From contig JBHGNT010000006.1 of assembly GCA_043228905.1 (NCBI GenBank), positions 22,506,001 to 22,570,000 of the forward strand: a stretch of DNA of 64,000 bases. The letters are read 5' to 3'. Below the pieces are notes generated by a model, which was not told the origin of the DNA, did not search any database, and was given only the letters and a program-made list of their open reading frames with translations. Positions 11,902-25,200 of the stretch are shown here, piece by piece; positions within the stretch are counted from its first letter, which is position 1; the number at the start of each line of letters is the position of its first letter. This DNA is from Azolla caroliniana. Its lineage: Eukaryota > Plantae > Polypodiophyta. The translations under genes and the position numbers were made by a program.

Positions 11902-14900
11902 ATGGGTAAGAAGGGAAAGTGGTTATCCGCAGTAAAGAATGTGTTCCGTTCGAGCTCGAAGGATTCCGCACAGGTTAAGGAGAACCTAACTCCTGTTAGC
12001 AAAGAGAAGAATGAATCTGAATCAGAGGAGGTATGGGGATATTACCCGTGTCTGTTTATGCATACATTTATGCATGTACGTCTGTGTATATATATATATA
12101 TATATGTATGTAGATGCAGATTTATTGCACGCAGGAAGATTGTTTCTGTATGTCTCTGTAAATAAATTTGTGTACATATATTACTTCTTGTGTCTGTTTG
12201 AATGCATGTATTTATGCCTGTACTGTATGTATGTATGTATGTATGTGGCATTGCTAAAAGAATCATGGCATGTATGCCGTGATTTATCTCGTGTCTGATG
12301 ATGATTTGTCTGAGTTTATAAAGATCTATCTATGTGGACTGTAGAATAAACGCCCCAAAGATAAGAGGAGATGGAGCTTTGGTAAGACCTCGGATGTAGA
12401 ATCTGCAGAAGCAAATGTGAATTCAGTCAAGCAGGATAAGAAACTTGGTCACATTGACAGAGCGCAAACTAAAACAGACGAATTTCAGTATGATACTCAA
12501 CCTACACTTACTCTCGGCTTAAGTAAAGAGGAGCAGGTGGCTGCCATCCGGATCCAGACTGCTTTTCGAGGCTATCTCGTAAGTACTGTGATTTGACCTC
12601 AAATGTTCACTTCTTATGGAAAATCTGAATGTTTTTCATGCATCTTAAATGCCAACTTTTGTGCATAATCTGAATATCCATTTATGCTTCTGACGACCAT
12701 ATCTGTGTAAATTCTGAATAAATTCTCAAATATACATCTTTTATGCAAAATCTGTATAATTCTTTACGCTTCTCGAATATCCATTTTTATGTGAAATCTG
12801 AATAATTATTATGCTTTTCAAATATCCTTTTCTCGTGCAATAATCTGAATAATTCATGCTCCTCAAAGTGTCCGTGACACTGCAGAACCTGAATAATTGG
12901 CATGCTAAACCTGAATTTCATGCGACAAAATCTAAATATCTTGCATGCATAAAAAAGTCTTGCACTGAACCTAAATGATTGTCATGCTTGTGTAACAGCT
13001 GAATTTGACATTACAAAACCTGAATATCTTGTACCCATCGCAAGTCCTTCACTTTTACATAACGATGCATTTCGTTTTCTGAAATCTGAATAATTTTCAT
13101 GCCTTTTCCTTTTCTTGATGCATTTGGGTTCCGACGCAATGTAAAATCGCTCTAATTCTTGTTTTCGATGCCAAAAAAGGCTCGGCGGGCTCTGCGTGCC
13201 CTCAGAGGTCTTGTTAGATTGCAAGCATTGGTGAGAGGTCACTCGGTAAGAAGACAAGCGATCCTCACCCTTCGGTGTATGCAAGCCCTCGTAAGAGTCC
13301 AAGCTCGTGTCCGTTCTCGGCGTGTCCGCATGTCTGAGGAGGGCCAGGCCATGCAAAGACAACTCTGGCAACGCCGCCAACAAGAGCTTCTTGCAGCCAA
13401 AGGAGATGTTAATGTATGGATATTTTATCTTGCCCCTTGAAAGTTGTGCTAGGAAATCTGTTTCTTTTCGTTTTTACCAAACTTTGAGAAGGCTATGGTG
13501 ACAGAGATCTATTTATTTATCCTTATGCTTTTTTGATTTAGACTTAGGTTTTTTTTTCTGTTTTACTGAGAACTAAAAAAGGATCATTTTGCAAAACACA
13601 ATATATTGCATTTGCCTCTTATTTGGCTGAACCATAGGGAGGGATTAGCCCTTAGAAAGAGAAGCAATAAACCTCAAATGTGGTGAAGAACTTTAAATAC
13701 AAAAGTTTAAAACAGGAGCATAAAACATTAATCAGAATAGAAGCTTTTTGTCCCCTTGGTTTTAATGCTTCCAGAACACTATATGTAACTCTTGCTTTCT
13801 TTCTCTTTCTCTTTCCCCCTAGTTTTAGGGCGTTTCAAATCATGGCTTACATCTGAGAGAGAGTGAGAGAGAGAGACGGTGCTAATAGATTGTAATCCTT
13901 CATCTAAAGTTCTTGACGTATGATCTAGTAACGCTCATGTTAATATTTTGAACATATTTGCTCTAAAATATATCATATTTTAGAGGTATATGTAATGTCA
14001 AAATGTAGAGGGGATCTTCAGATACTGGAACTGCAAACTACATTAAGCTTGAATTTTCTTAACATCTAGAGTATAATTTCTTTGGTTGATATTCATGCAG
14101 TCAGATGGGCAAGATGGCCAAGTTTGGGATGATAGTCTCCAATCGTTCGAAGAGGTCGAGGCTCGAAAACTCAACAAACAAGAGGCCGCAGTGAAGCGAG
14201 AACGGGCTCTAGCTTATGCTTTCTCTCATCAGGTGTGTGTATGGATTCTTAGTGTTATGTGCACCCACATAATGATGATTAAGCAATATTTAAGCCTAGA
14301 GGTCGACCTCCCATCATAATTCCTAGTACTTTGCAATGACTATTTATGTGGCTTGTGCACACAAATCTGTAATAAGGCTAGCGATAGCCCCCATGTTTAA
14401 TGCTTCATAAAAAACTTTATACGCACACACACAACCTTAATTAGGAGCCAATAATTAGGCTAGTGATAGGCCCCAACCACAAGTATCTAGTTGCACGCAT
14501 AACCTTGGTTATGAGTCAATAATAAGGCTAGAGATTGGCCCTAATTCCTAACACTTCACAATTACTATGTATGTGTACACACATATCCTTTGAATCACAG
14601 TCATTAATAAAGATAGAGACAGGCCCTGTTCTAATTCCTAACACTTGACATATGTGGCACATACACACATATCCTCGAATAGAAATTAATAATAATGTGC
14701 ACAAGAACTTTATATGCACATTTACAACCTTGATCAGGAATCAATAACTAGGCTACAGACCCCAAATCTAACTCTTAACCATGACTATTTGTGCATACAT
14801 AACATCGATTATGAGTTAATAATAAGGCTAGAAATAGGCATCTGCCCTGATTCCTAATACTTCATAATGACTATCTATGGGCACACACATCCTTGAATAT

Positions 14901-16227
14901 GAACCAATAATAAGACTAGAGATAAGCTCCCATCCTAACACTTTACATTGACTATCTATGTGCACCTGCATATCAAATTAATAGGAGTCAACAATAAACA
15001 TAGAAGCAGGCACCAACCATACTTCATTCTATGTGTGTGAAGGTTACTGTCCTATCACTTTGCAATGACCATCTATGTCCGCATTGATCTGAACTTAGAA
15101 GTCCAGAGATAGGCTCTCATCCTACCACTTTACATCCGTCTACCCATATGCACATGCATATCCTTTAATAGGCGTCAATAATAAACATAGAAGCAGGCAC
15201 CAACCATACTTCATACTATGTGTGTGACGGCTAGAGATATGGTTCATAATGAGGCCAGAGATAGGACTGGGTCATTGTTCTGTGCATAATGGCGGGTTCT
15301 TTCCTCATCTTTTTTAGAACCAAGAGCTCCTTAATCATAGTTTACAGTGTTTATGTCTCCCCATATGTTAGTATTCACTAGTTCCTTATTCATTACTCGT
15401 AATTCTTTTATCTCCATATCATATTGAGTAATCACAAACGTGTGTTTCGACAGCTTTGGAAATCAGCATCACACCAAACATCGTCATTATACATTGACAC
15501 CGAGTCAGATAAGTCACAATGGGGATGGAGTTGGCTGGAGCGTTGGATGGCGACCCGACCATGGGATCAACCTCGAGTTTCTGATAAGGATAATATTATT
15601 GTTGCTACAAAAGGAGAAAATGCTGTTATTCAGCAACACAATGGTACGATTACTGAAAACATAAAACCAAAGAGTCTAGGGGTTGATCTAAACAAACCAA
15701 AGCCTGACGGTGCTACAAAAGGAGAAAATGTTATTCAGCAACACAATGGTACGACTACTGAACACATCCAACCGGATGCGATTGACCCCTTAATGACCAC
15801 CAAGCGTAAGCCACCAGCCGTCATCGCGCGATTGGCTAGCCCACGGGGCCCAAAAGCAAGAGACTCCGATGAAGCTCTGGAGGTCTCTACTGCACGAAGT
15901 AGTGCGAGGAGCGTATATTCTATGGGTAATTATACAGGTGGTGGGCCAAAGTTCCATATCCAGAGCTTGAAAATGAGGAAAGGGGGAACTTCTATTGTTA
16001 CTGATGATGAAAGTCTTATGGGTTCTCCTTCAGTCCCTAACTATATGAGTTCCACTCAATCTGCAAAGGCTAAGGCTAGGTCTCTGAGCAACCCCAAGCA
16101 AAGACCAGGGACACCAGATAAGGAGCAATTGTTTTTTACTGCAAAGAAGAGGCTCTCATGTCCTATTACTGAAGGATCAATGATGATGAGCACTATCTCC
16201 CAGACAGCATCATCCAATGGTCATTGA
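11902..16227 (+). CDS. IQD: IQ67-domain (IQD) calmodulin-binding/microtubule-associated protein, ~500 aa, 5 coding exons
   Basis: Exons 11902-12030, 12345-12578, 13180-13413, 14101-14232, 15454-16227, all phase-0 GT-AG. Motifs: MGKKGKW start, [10 protein letters not shown]67 domain [13 protein letters not shown]|[20 protein letters not shown]...[12 protein letters not shown] with the family-diagnostic phase-0 intron, WDDS...[28 protein letters not shown], and DUF4005 [24 protein letters not shown]. Confidence 0.95.
12600..13110. repeat. Degenerate ~44-bp minisatellite in IQD intron 2
   Basis: Recurrent core AAATCTGAATAATT...ATGC...CAAATATCC, roughly ten decayed copies. Confidence 0.7.
14285..15270. 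repeat. Degenerate ~75-90-bp minisatellite in IQD intron 4
   Basis: Recurrent AATAAGGCTAGAGATAGGC..CCTAA(C/T)ACTT..ATGACTAT.TATGTGCAC. Two near-identical ~50-bp copies at ~14992 and ~15180. Confidence 0.8.
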
Positions 16228-19001
16228 ATTTCTTCTCAAAGTCCACCCTCTATTTTTATATTTATTTTTGGTTTCTACATTGTGTACCCTTATATCTAAC
16301 ACTTTTCTAGCAATAAGAGAATTATGGAAAAAATGATCATACTCTTGTTTTGTTTGTGTGTGTATTTTAAGGCAAATGCCCAAGGGTAAGGTAAGTGTTT
16401 TCGGTAACGGCATTACGCCCATTGGCGTCGCCGCAAAGTGTGCACCATCCATTTGAAATGCATAGCCAATGGGTACGCCGATTGGGTGCAGTTCATCTCT
16501 ATTGACAAACTGTGATAAATGTTGTGTAAACTGGCTATGAACCATTGTGGTTATCTATTGGGCGCGAGAAGAGGCTGTATTTCTTCCTTGTTAAGTTGTT
16601 CTGTACAGGAAACAGGAAGCGTCCACAACGCCCCGAAGAACGGACTCTTCTCCTCCACTCCCCTAACGATAAGGTAGACTTCCAGAACCATTGCTTAGGC
16701 CTACAGTTAACTTTGTGTGCATTCCACACTAACATGGTCACCATGTTATTCTATCTATATTACGAGATGAAGCAAAGATGTAGTTCCCCCCCCTCCCCCT
16801 TTGCCCCCTTTTTGCGATATATGCGACTTTCCCAACGCAGGCTTTCCAATTAATTGCATGGAATCTGGTGCCATTTGGTTGTTTGTCTCATGTTGTGTCA
16901 ATTTTTTTCATAAAAAATTATCTGATTGGGGTTGAATGGGCATCCCACACAATTTGTTGAATGCTATGCTGGAATAGTAGAGTGATGGGCAAATTATTTA
17001 AAACATTTATGTCCAACTATTCCATGGTTGAATTTGCTACCCACAGCTTGGAATTTTGTGCTACAATAAGAATATCTAGTTTAAAATGCTTTAAATCCTT
17101 CCCCCAACTTCAATATGTTTTTTTTTTCTCAAAGACTTTTTGACAAAATGCTTTTATCTCCATAATTGCATGGAAGTGTTGATATGAAAAAGGTGAAGTA
17201 AAATTTGTAAATCACAATCTTACAATGTGATGGTCTTGCAATGATTTTCCACTAGCTCAACTTCTCTTTGATGTTTTGCAAGTTCTAGTTTGTTCTATCT
17301 TTGTCTCTCTTTGGCATTCCTCCTTGGTGATAACCTATGTGTAATATCAAATTATTTAGATTTGTAGTGTTGTCACATGATCATATTATAGCATGTGAAG
17401 TAGATAGGTTAAGAAGCACCTGGATTTCTTCGAATTTACACTTAAACTTGTGTAGTGCTTTATGATTAAAATATATTTGTAACTATTCTCACATCATTTC
17501 AAGGTACAAAATAGGTATAATTAACATTAATGTATGCGATAAAATGTCCACCATTGGGCATCATCAAATCAAATAGAAATCAATGTTCAATCACATGTGA
17601 GTTGCAATGGTATGTATGAAAATACTTCTTAAGAAATGCTATTTTTCAATCAAGAGAACATGGAAACGGGCTTCACTTATGTAATCGATATTATATCACC
17701 TTTGACTGTTGTATTTGAACAAAGACTAGCCTCATCATGACCGTCTCCTTACAAATGTCATTGGAATGTGTGGTGAATGCTATCCTCTTTGCAATTATGT
17801 ATGGCTTGGTTATTATATTTGATAATCGTCTAATAATTGACCAACATTGTTTTTATGTGTTCCTATTGATGCGATTGAATTCAATTAAGTTCCCTCACAT
17901 GAAATGGAGGGAGGAGAGGGTTGTAATGTTTGGATCTAGGGTTTTTTGAAACGTGAGACATTTGGTTGAATGTAACATTAATGTTATTGTTTGCCTGGTG
18001 CCTCTTTCCAGACCCGCATGGTTGTAGTGCAATGTTTAAAACAATGGGTTTTTGAGAAAATAGGGCGACACGTTTCCAAAATGTGAGGCTTCCAGTTGGA
18101 CACATGTGGTGGTGGTGCCCACTTGACGTGAAGGGGAGTTCCTTTGAAATGCGAGACTTCCAATTAAACAACAATGTTTACGGTGGTTGATGTAAGGAAA
18201 GGCAAGACTTATCATTGGGAAGACAATGTAGTGGTTGTCAGTGTGATGAAACATGGGACAACATTTGTTTACACAAACATGGTTGTGAATAATGTGAGTT
18301 AGAAACTTCCAATTGGTCAAACATGGTTACATAAACACATGATTCCGCAAACTTGGGCTCGATTATTTGCCTAATGTAGTTCAAGACTGTGGATTAGACA
18401 AACATGATTGTGATGGTAAGTCAAAGGCTACAAATTGACAAAATTGAGAGTCTATTATCCGTAACAACAAAAGCTCGGAACTTTGTGATTGGAGAAACAT
18501 TGCTTCACACACACACACACACACACGAGAGAGAGAACGTCGTCATGATTGCGAGGCTCACAGACATGGTTTGCCCATCGCTCATGAAATGAAACCATCC
18601 ATGGCTTATGACCGGAGAAACACGGTTGGTGATTGTTGGTCGGTCTGATGAAACGAAATGAAACGAAAGACTTCAGATCGGACGATCAAACATGGATGCA
18701 ATCTTGTCCATGAAACAGAAGAAAACCCTCGAGGCTTAATGGACCCTGGGAATTCTTGATGTAGTGAAGATGGGGTTTGCTTCTCGGACGTGTCACAAAG
18801 ACGGGAGAACCCATGGGGGGGCTATCGGGCGAAGCTTGTCGGTCGGTCAGAAATCGGGTGGGCCGGAACTTTCCGGAACCTTCCGGATCGGGGCCGAAAG
18901 AATGATGGTTTTGGAGGGATGAAGGGGAGGATGACTTCTTATTTGATGGGGCGGCAGAGATAAGAGTTGCTGTTATTGAAAGCTCCTCCATCTTCCTGGC
19001 T

Positions 19002-21481
19002 ATGGCGACACAGACGAAGGTAGACACGGCCCAAGCTCTTCTCATCGGAACTCTTGCACCAGGTGTTAATGTAAGCCTCCTTTTCTATCCCTGTTTCTCT
19101 TTTCCTGTTTGCCATATATGTATGTATGTATGTATGCACATATATGCGCCATTTTTTGAGATTAGGGTTCTCTCTGTCTGTCTGTCTCTTCTTTTCTAAT
19201 CAGAAAGAAAAACTTGGAAATAGATCACATAATTCTGGTATTATATATTTGCATTGTTTTTTGAGATCAGGGTTCTCTCTCTTTTTCTTCCTGATCAGAA
19301 AGAAAAACTTGGAAACATATCACATAATTCTGGTATTTTTAGATATTTGCACCATTTTTTGAGATCAGGGCTCCTTTTTTTATTTTACTGATCAGAATGA
19401 AAAACTTGGAAGATCACATGATTATGGTATTTTTGAGGTTAGATTTTTGTGCAGAAAGAAGCCTTTGCAGATACATCATGTCATTTTATTTATTCCCTTT
19501 ATTGCTCAGTTTTGGAAGGAAATGAGGAGGAGAAGGAAGAAATTAGCGTGTTACTTTCTGTAGATCACAGCAAGAAAACATTAGGGTCTTTCATTTTTGA
19601 AAACATATTGCAGTTATTAATGGCCATTTTTGGAATTATAAAAATAGGAAGAAATTAGAGTTTTTTGAAGTTTGAAAACAGAACATTGTTTTTCATGGAC
19701 ATTTTTGCAAGGAAGGGAAATAGAAAGGAATTAATTAAGTTAAGGTTTTCTCAGCAGGTCATCACCATTTGAATGGTAGAAAACTAGCCTTTTTTTAAAA
19801 TTAGGAAAACAGAGAAATTGGGGTTTCAAATTGATTAGTAAAAAAACAAAAGAGAAGCAATGAGATGTTATCATCTTCTCATTTAGATTTACACAATTTG
19901 TATATATATGTGTATGTGTGTGTATGTACATATTCCTATCATATCAAATTAAACCAGAAATGCAAGCCAACCAAATAAATTTGTTCGGAAAGATGGCATC
20001 AGAAATAGAATAATCCAACAGGCGTCTAACATGTAAATATAGTTTGAAAAGATTGCACAATAAATAGAAACATATCAAATATAAAGGATTAAGTTTCCTT
20101 TGTACTATAAGTATCTGGCATCAACATTGTTTGCATGGCATGTTGTAATGCAAGAATTGGCTGCTGAATTCCTTTATAAATAGAAGCGTCTAAATGGAAG
20201 AGAATTGTTTTTCCAAAATATATGGTTTTGGTTAGCACCAGAAGGGGTAGAAATACAAGATGTCTGCGTCTTAATTACTGTAGAAATGGATTGTTAAATA
20301 ATCAGCCCTTTTGAAGTTGGGCGTGCATGGTTTTCAAAAATGTGCTGTCTATTTTTTATGTAAAACCTAACTTGAAGGGCCTTTTTGATATAGAGCCCAA
20401 TCTGAAGGTTTCTTCTTTTTATAAAAATTTCAATTTAAAGGATAATTTTATATTTTTTTATAAAACCCAATTTGAAGCTCCCTTTTAAACATTTCTTTTC
20501 CTTTTAGTGAATTTTTGGCTAGTAATGTTGTTTCCTTATGAACGTAATCTCTTTCCTATATAAATATCAGGCACCAACGTGGGCCGCATGGAACATTGTA
20601 ATGCTAGCATTAGCTTTATCGTTGGGTGCATTATTATGCATCGCATTGGGTTCATCAAGTATGGCATTGCTTGGGCATGTCTTTCTTCTTATGAGTCTCG
20701 CTGGAGTGCTTTTCGCTTTGCTCAGCTGGTGAGGGAAGAAAGCAATGATATTTGATGTTTCTTGCCATCTTATTTATGTGTTTGAAGATTTACTGTTTAT
20801 TAACATTCATAAGTGGAAAAGTACAACCATATCTTATGTGATTCACTAATCAAATCAATAATATCTCGTATGATTGATTAATCAAATCAGCATTATCTCA
20901 TGTGATTGATCAATCAGATGAGCCATTTCTCATATTATTGAGTAACTGAGTTAATCATATGAGATGTGTTTGACTTGCCAATAGAAGAACTCATATATGA
21001 ATCGTGAATTAATCTGATATCATATGATTTATTATTGAGCAAGTTAATTATCTCTCATATGATGCATTGATGGATTTAATCATATCATCTGTGACCGATT
21101 AACTGATTCAAGCATATCTCACGTGAATCATGATTCATTAACTGTCAACCTTTCCTTCTACGATAGATTAATTGTGTTGACCATATCTCATGCCATTGGC
21201 TAACTGACTCAACCTTATCTCATATGATTACATGATTGATTAACCAAGTCAACCATATCTTGTGTGATTGATTAACAGAATTGAGCATATCTTATATAGT
21301 TGATTAACCAAGTTAATCTGTCATATGAATGATTAGCCTACTCAACCATATACCTCATATGATACCATATTGAAACTGTTTGATTTGCAGGTTTATGTCA
21401 GAGACCGGCCTTGTGAGTGTTGAAGATCAGATGAAGGACTTGAATTTAGGTGAAAAGGAAGAAAAGGAAAAGGATTCTTAA
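19002..21481 (+). CDS. Small 2-TM membrane protein (105 aa), plant uncharacterised family; resembles fungal ER V-ATPase assembly factor Pkr1
   Basis: Exons 19002-19070, 20571-20728, 21391-21481 join in frame (GT-AG) to give MATQTKVDTAQALLIGTLAPGVN|APTWAAWNIVMLALALSLGALLCIALGSSSMALLGHVFLLMSLAGVLFALLSW|FMSETGLVSVEDQMKDLNLGEKEEKEKDS*. Two hydrophobic helices and a charged tail. The gene model is solid; the Pkr1 label is pattern-based. Confidence 0.85.
19150..19445. repeat. 3 x ~100-bp tandem repeat in intron 1 of the small TM gene
   Basis: Unit TTTTTTGAGAT(C/T)AGGG...ATCAGAA(A/T)GAAAAACTTGGAA...ATCACAT..TT.TGGTATT. Confidence 0.9.
20825..21370. repeat. Degenerate ~32-bp minisatellite filling intron 2 of the small TM gene
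   Basis: Consensus approximately AACCATATCTCATGTGATTGATTAACTGAGTC, about 15 decayed copies. Confidence 0.85.
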
Positions 21482-22135
21482 AAAGACTTTTGTCATATGT
21501 GATGAGGTATGAAGTAGTGCTCTCCGAAGACATTTCTCGTATAACGAGTTTTTTGATATTATGGCAACCACTGCTTGGTAAGCCACGTCATTTATGGCAT
21601 ATGAAAGTTGTCAGTTGTCCTTTGGGTTCACATTATGGCATATGAAGAATGCCACGAATGCCCAAATTCCAACATTCGAACAATCTAAATACGAGCAAAT
21701 TTTGAGCCTGTTTTTAAAATACAATTGTTAGACACAATATGATTCATGATTTGTATATCATCAGAAGACAAATAATTTGTTTAAATGGGAAAAAGGAGAT
21801 GCTTGTTTCAATTGAAGATGGAAGCTCATACAAATGATGTGATGATTCCAATTCATTAGAATTCGGTAAAATAAATAAATTTGACGATTGTAATCCTCTA
21901 TGTACAACAAGCTGTTAATGTATTTTGTTGAATTGTGGTAATGGAGTTTATTTGTGTTGTAATTAATTTGCAATTATTTCTTTTGTTCAATGGCGTAATT
22001 CATGGGAATTGCCTTTCAAGGGATCCGATTCTTAGTTTCAGAATTGATACTTGAGTTGATGAGTCCTTTAGTGTAGCAATCTTGGAGTTGGCGATGTTGT
22101 ATTAATGTGATGTACACAAGGGGACCAAGACCTTT

Positions 22136-22154
22136 TGTGTGTGTGTGTGTGAGT

Positions 22155-22226
<72 letters not shown>
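22136..22226. repeat. (GT)n(GA)34 microsatellite
   Basis: Direct reading. Confidence 0.97.
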
Positions 22227-22228
<2 letters not shown>

Positions 22229-25200
22229 CATGAGGGTGTAGCTTTGTTCGTAACTAGATCTTGTGTTCAACATCTACATTATGGAGAGACATTATGGACT
22301 AACTCTATATGAAGAGATATTATGGCAAAGAACAATTATCTCAAACTATTGAGTGTGTTGAACCTTGTTGTTGTGGAACTCTCAAGACCATGCCACTAGT
22401 CATGTAAAATACCTTTGTGGGAATAATCTTTCTAAGCATTAATTGGCACCCAATTGTTGATCAATTCTTTCTCTTGCAATATTCTGGAAACAATGGAAAG
22501 TTCCCAAGAGTGGGATGCCTCCATGAGCACTATCACTCTTGCACAAGGCGTCACAATGTTATATGATGCTAAATCCCATTGTATTATTTGCGAAGAAACA
22601 TGATGTGATTTAGCATTATATAACATTGTGTATGCTAAATCCCATTGTATTACTTGCCAAGAAACATTGGTAGATTACAAATTACAACCGTGGAATGCTC
22701 AATAATCAAATGCCGCAACATCCTAACATTGATCACACACTAATCTCTCTCTCTCTCTCTCTCTCTAAAAGGGAGCATCCAATTCAAGACTTACATTGAA
22801 TGCCTTGAGACTAATAGTACTAAGTAGTAGATTACACTTGCTTTGATGTATGTGGCATTGGGAACATGTTTGTGTGTATGTTTCCCACACCTTTATGATT
22901 AGAACTAAGGGATGCTCTTCCACCCTCCACATTGGCTGACTATCATGCTTCTAATGTACCCGTTCCTCCAACGCAAGCAACAACCAAGTTGTACCTTTAG
23001 AGCACATGAGTTCATCCAAACCTCATCTTGAGCATCTCATTGAAATGTTATATAATGCAACACAAGATCATGTGTGTGCACTTCGGATGGCACCGCCAAA
23101 ACTATTCAATCATAAGTATTGGATTGAGATGTAATAAGAACTAACATAAATTGAAATGAAGCAATCATATGCCATCAACTAAAAGCTTTGCGTTGTAGAA
23201 GAAATGTTACTTTGGATGGCAATACCATGGCTATTCAATCATAAGCTTTGCATTGAGATGTAATAAGAACTAACATAATCTGAATTAATGATCTAACTTA
23301 ATACTTTAGACACCGTAATAACTTAATAATACAACGTAATCTGAAATGCTTTAGACACCAAAGCTTTGCATTGTATATCGATAGATCAATATGTATATTT
23401 TTAATATCAACGTGAGATAGATTTCGATCTATGGGATGGGATGGGGTTCAAGGTGAGGATTGAACTTAGGTTTTCTTTGATTCTATGGTGTAAAGCACAT
23501 GCAATGGCTATAGGGTCAATCTTGATTAATGTTCACATGATCCTTAGTACTCTATAATGCAAACATCATTATTTCGAAATAGACTCGTAGTTTTTTTGCT
23601 TTTGCTCCTAAGTTGTGCTCTCTTTAACAAACATATGTCTATATCCATACTAAAACAAATCAATTTGTTTAAGTAGATTCGAATATGGCAATTTAATGCA
23701 TTCACATACACACACATAATGGAAAGCCCATCAACTTTACCTCTAACCTTTGATTAATAATATTTGCCAATAAGTGTACTTTGAAAAGATATCTTCGAGA
23801 ACAAATCAAAGTAGTCCTTCCAAGAGATTGAGTCTATAATTGATGTTTATGATATATACTTGATGAGGATTATGTTATTAAATGAGAAAGGAGGTGAAAG
23901 TGAATTTCCAAGCTAATCCAATATTCGAGAGATGATGAGATTTGGTGATGAAATTTTATACTATTGATACCAAACATCCATAGCTTGATTGGATTATGAG
24001 AGGAGTGATTTGATCAAAACTAAATTCCGTTTTCTTTACAACTTCACAATGAGTTCGTAAATGTCGATTCAATAAAGTTCTCGACCTCCACTTACTTTGA
24101 AAGTTAACTAACTATCATGCTGAATCAAACAATTGTTTCTCAAACAAACCTAATCACTACTTTAAGTAGACATTTCTTCTCTATAAAGTTTTGATTTTGA
24201 TTATTGATATTTAGCATTAAGCACAATGATTAATTAATGATTCTTTAATCAGCATATCATAACAAATTAAACATTAGTAAGCATGATTTCAGCATTTTGA
24301 AAGATTAAGCTTATGCATGACTTTGAAAATATTGTATCAAGTAAAGATTTGAACCCATGACCTTGTCTTGATGGCCTAATACAAGCTTATGACTAGTGTT
24401 AAAAGGAAGGGAATAAATTAGCTATATTTAAAACAAAAGATAGCATACACCATTATCAGGAAATAGTTAGTAAATTAAGCTTCTGATTAAAGACTAATTA
24501 ACAAATTAGAAAGCCACATTATCAAATGAAGCTTTCATCTTTCAATTTCAACTAGTAAGGATGTGCTAAGTTAAAGAGCAATCAGTAATTAGATGTCATA
24601 ATTAGCAAATTTCATCTCTAAATTAAAGCAAACTAACCATTATAATCTTGGAAATAAATGCATTTTAGAGGTTTAATTATATGTACTTAACGTTAATTTC
24701 CACGTGACTTAAAATGAGGTTAATATATGTACTTTCACCAAGTATAGAAAGGCAAATATGAAAATAGGAAACCATACTTTTTGAATTTCTAATACTATAG
24801 GCATCAAACTTTCGACCTCTTTCCTTGTAAGCGAACATAAGGAAATCATTTATATGACAGAATGTTGGAAAAGTTTGGTTTTTGAAGGACCATGAGTGTA
24901 GTTGGGTCGACTCGTGTAAGGACCCTTACCTTCCACCAAAGGCAGAGAGCCAGCAAAATGAAGGACAAAGATCGATAATATTGGGATTTGACATTTCAAA
25001 AGCGTTCATGTGGGCACATGGTGCTACTACTATTGATTATATCCAAACTTACTTACCTAATTGCATTAACATGTACGATTCTATCCATTGCTCCCATAAA
25101 AAATCCATTAATTGCTTCACATTTGATCTTACATGATTACTTTCCTAGTATACCTAGCATTTGTATCCATCACTCACATGATTCTATCCATGAATTTATA

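Noticed and set aside
14285-21370. Regularly spaced repeats as CRISPR-like arrays
   Set aside because: Units are degenerate head-to-tail repeats without unique spacers, inside plant introns, with no cas genes.
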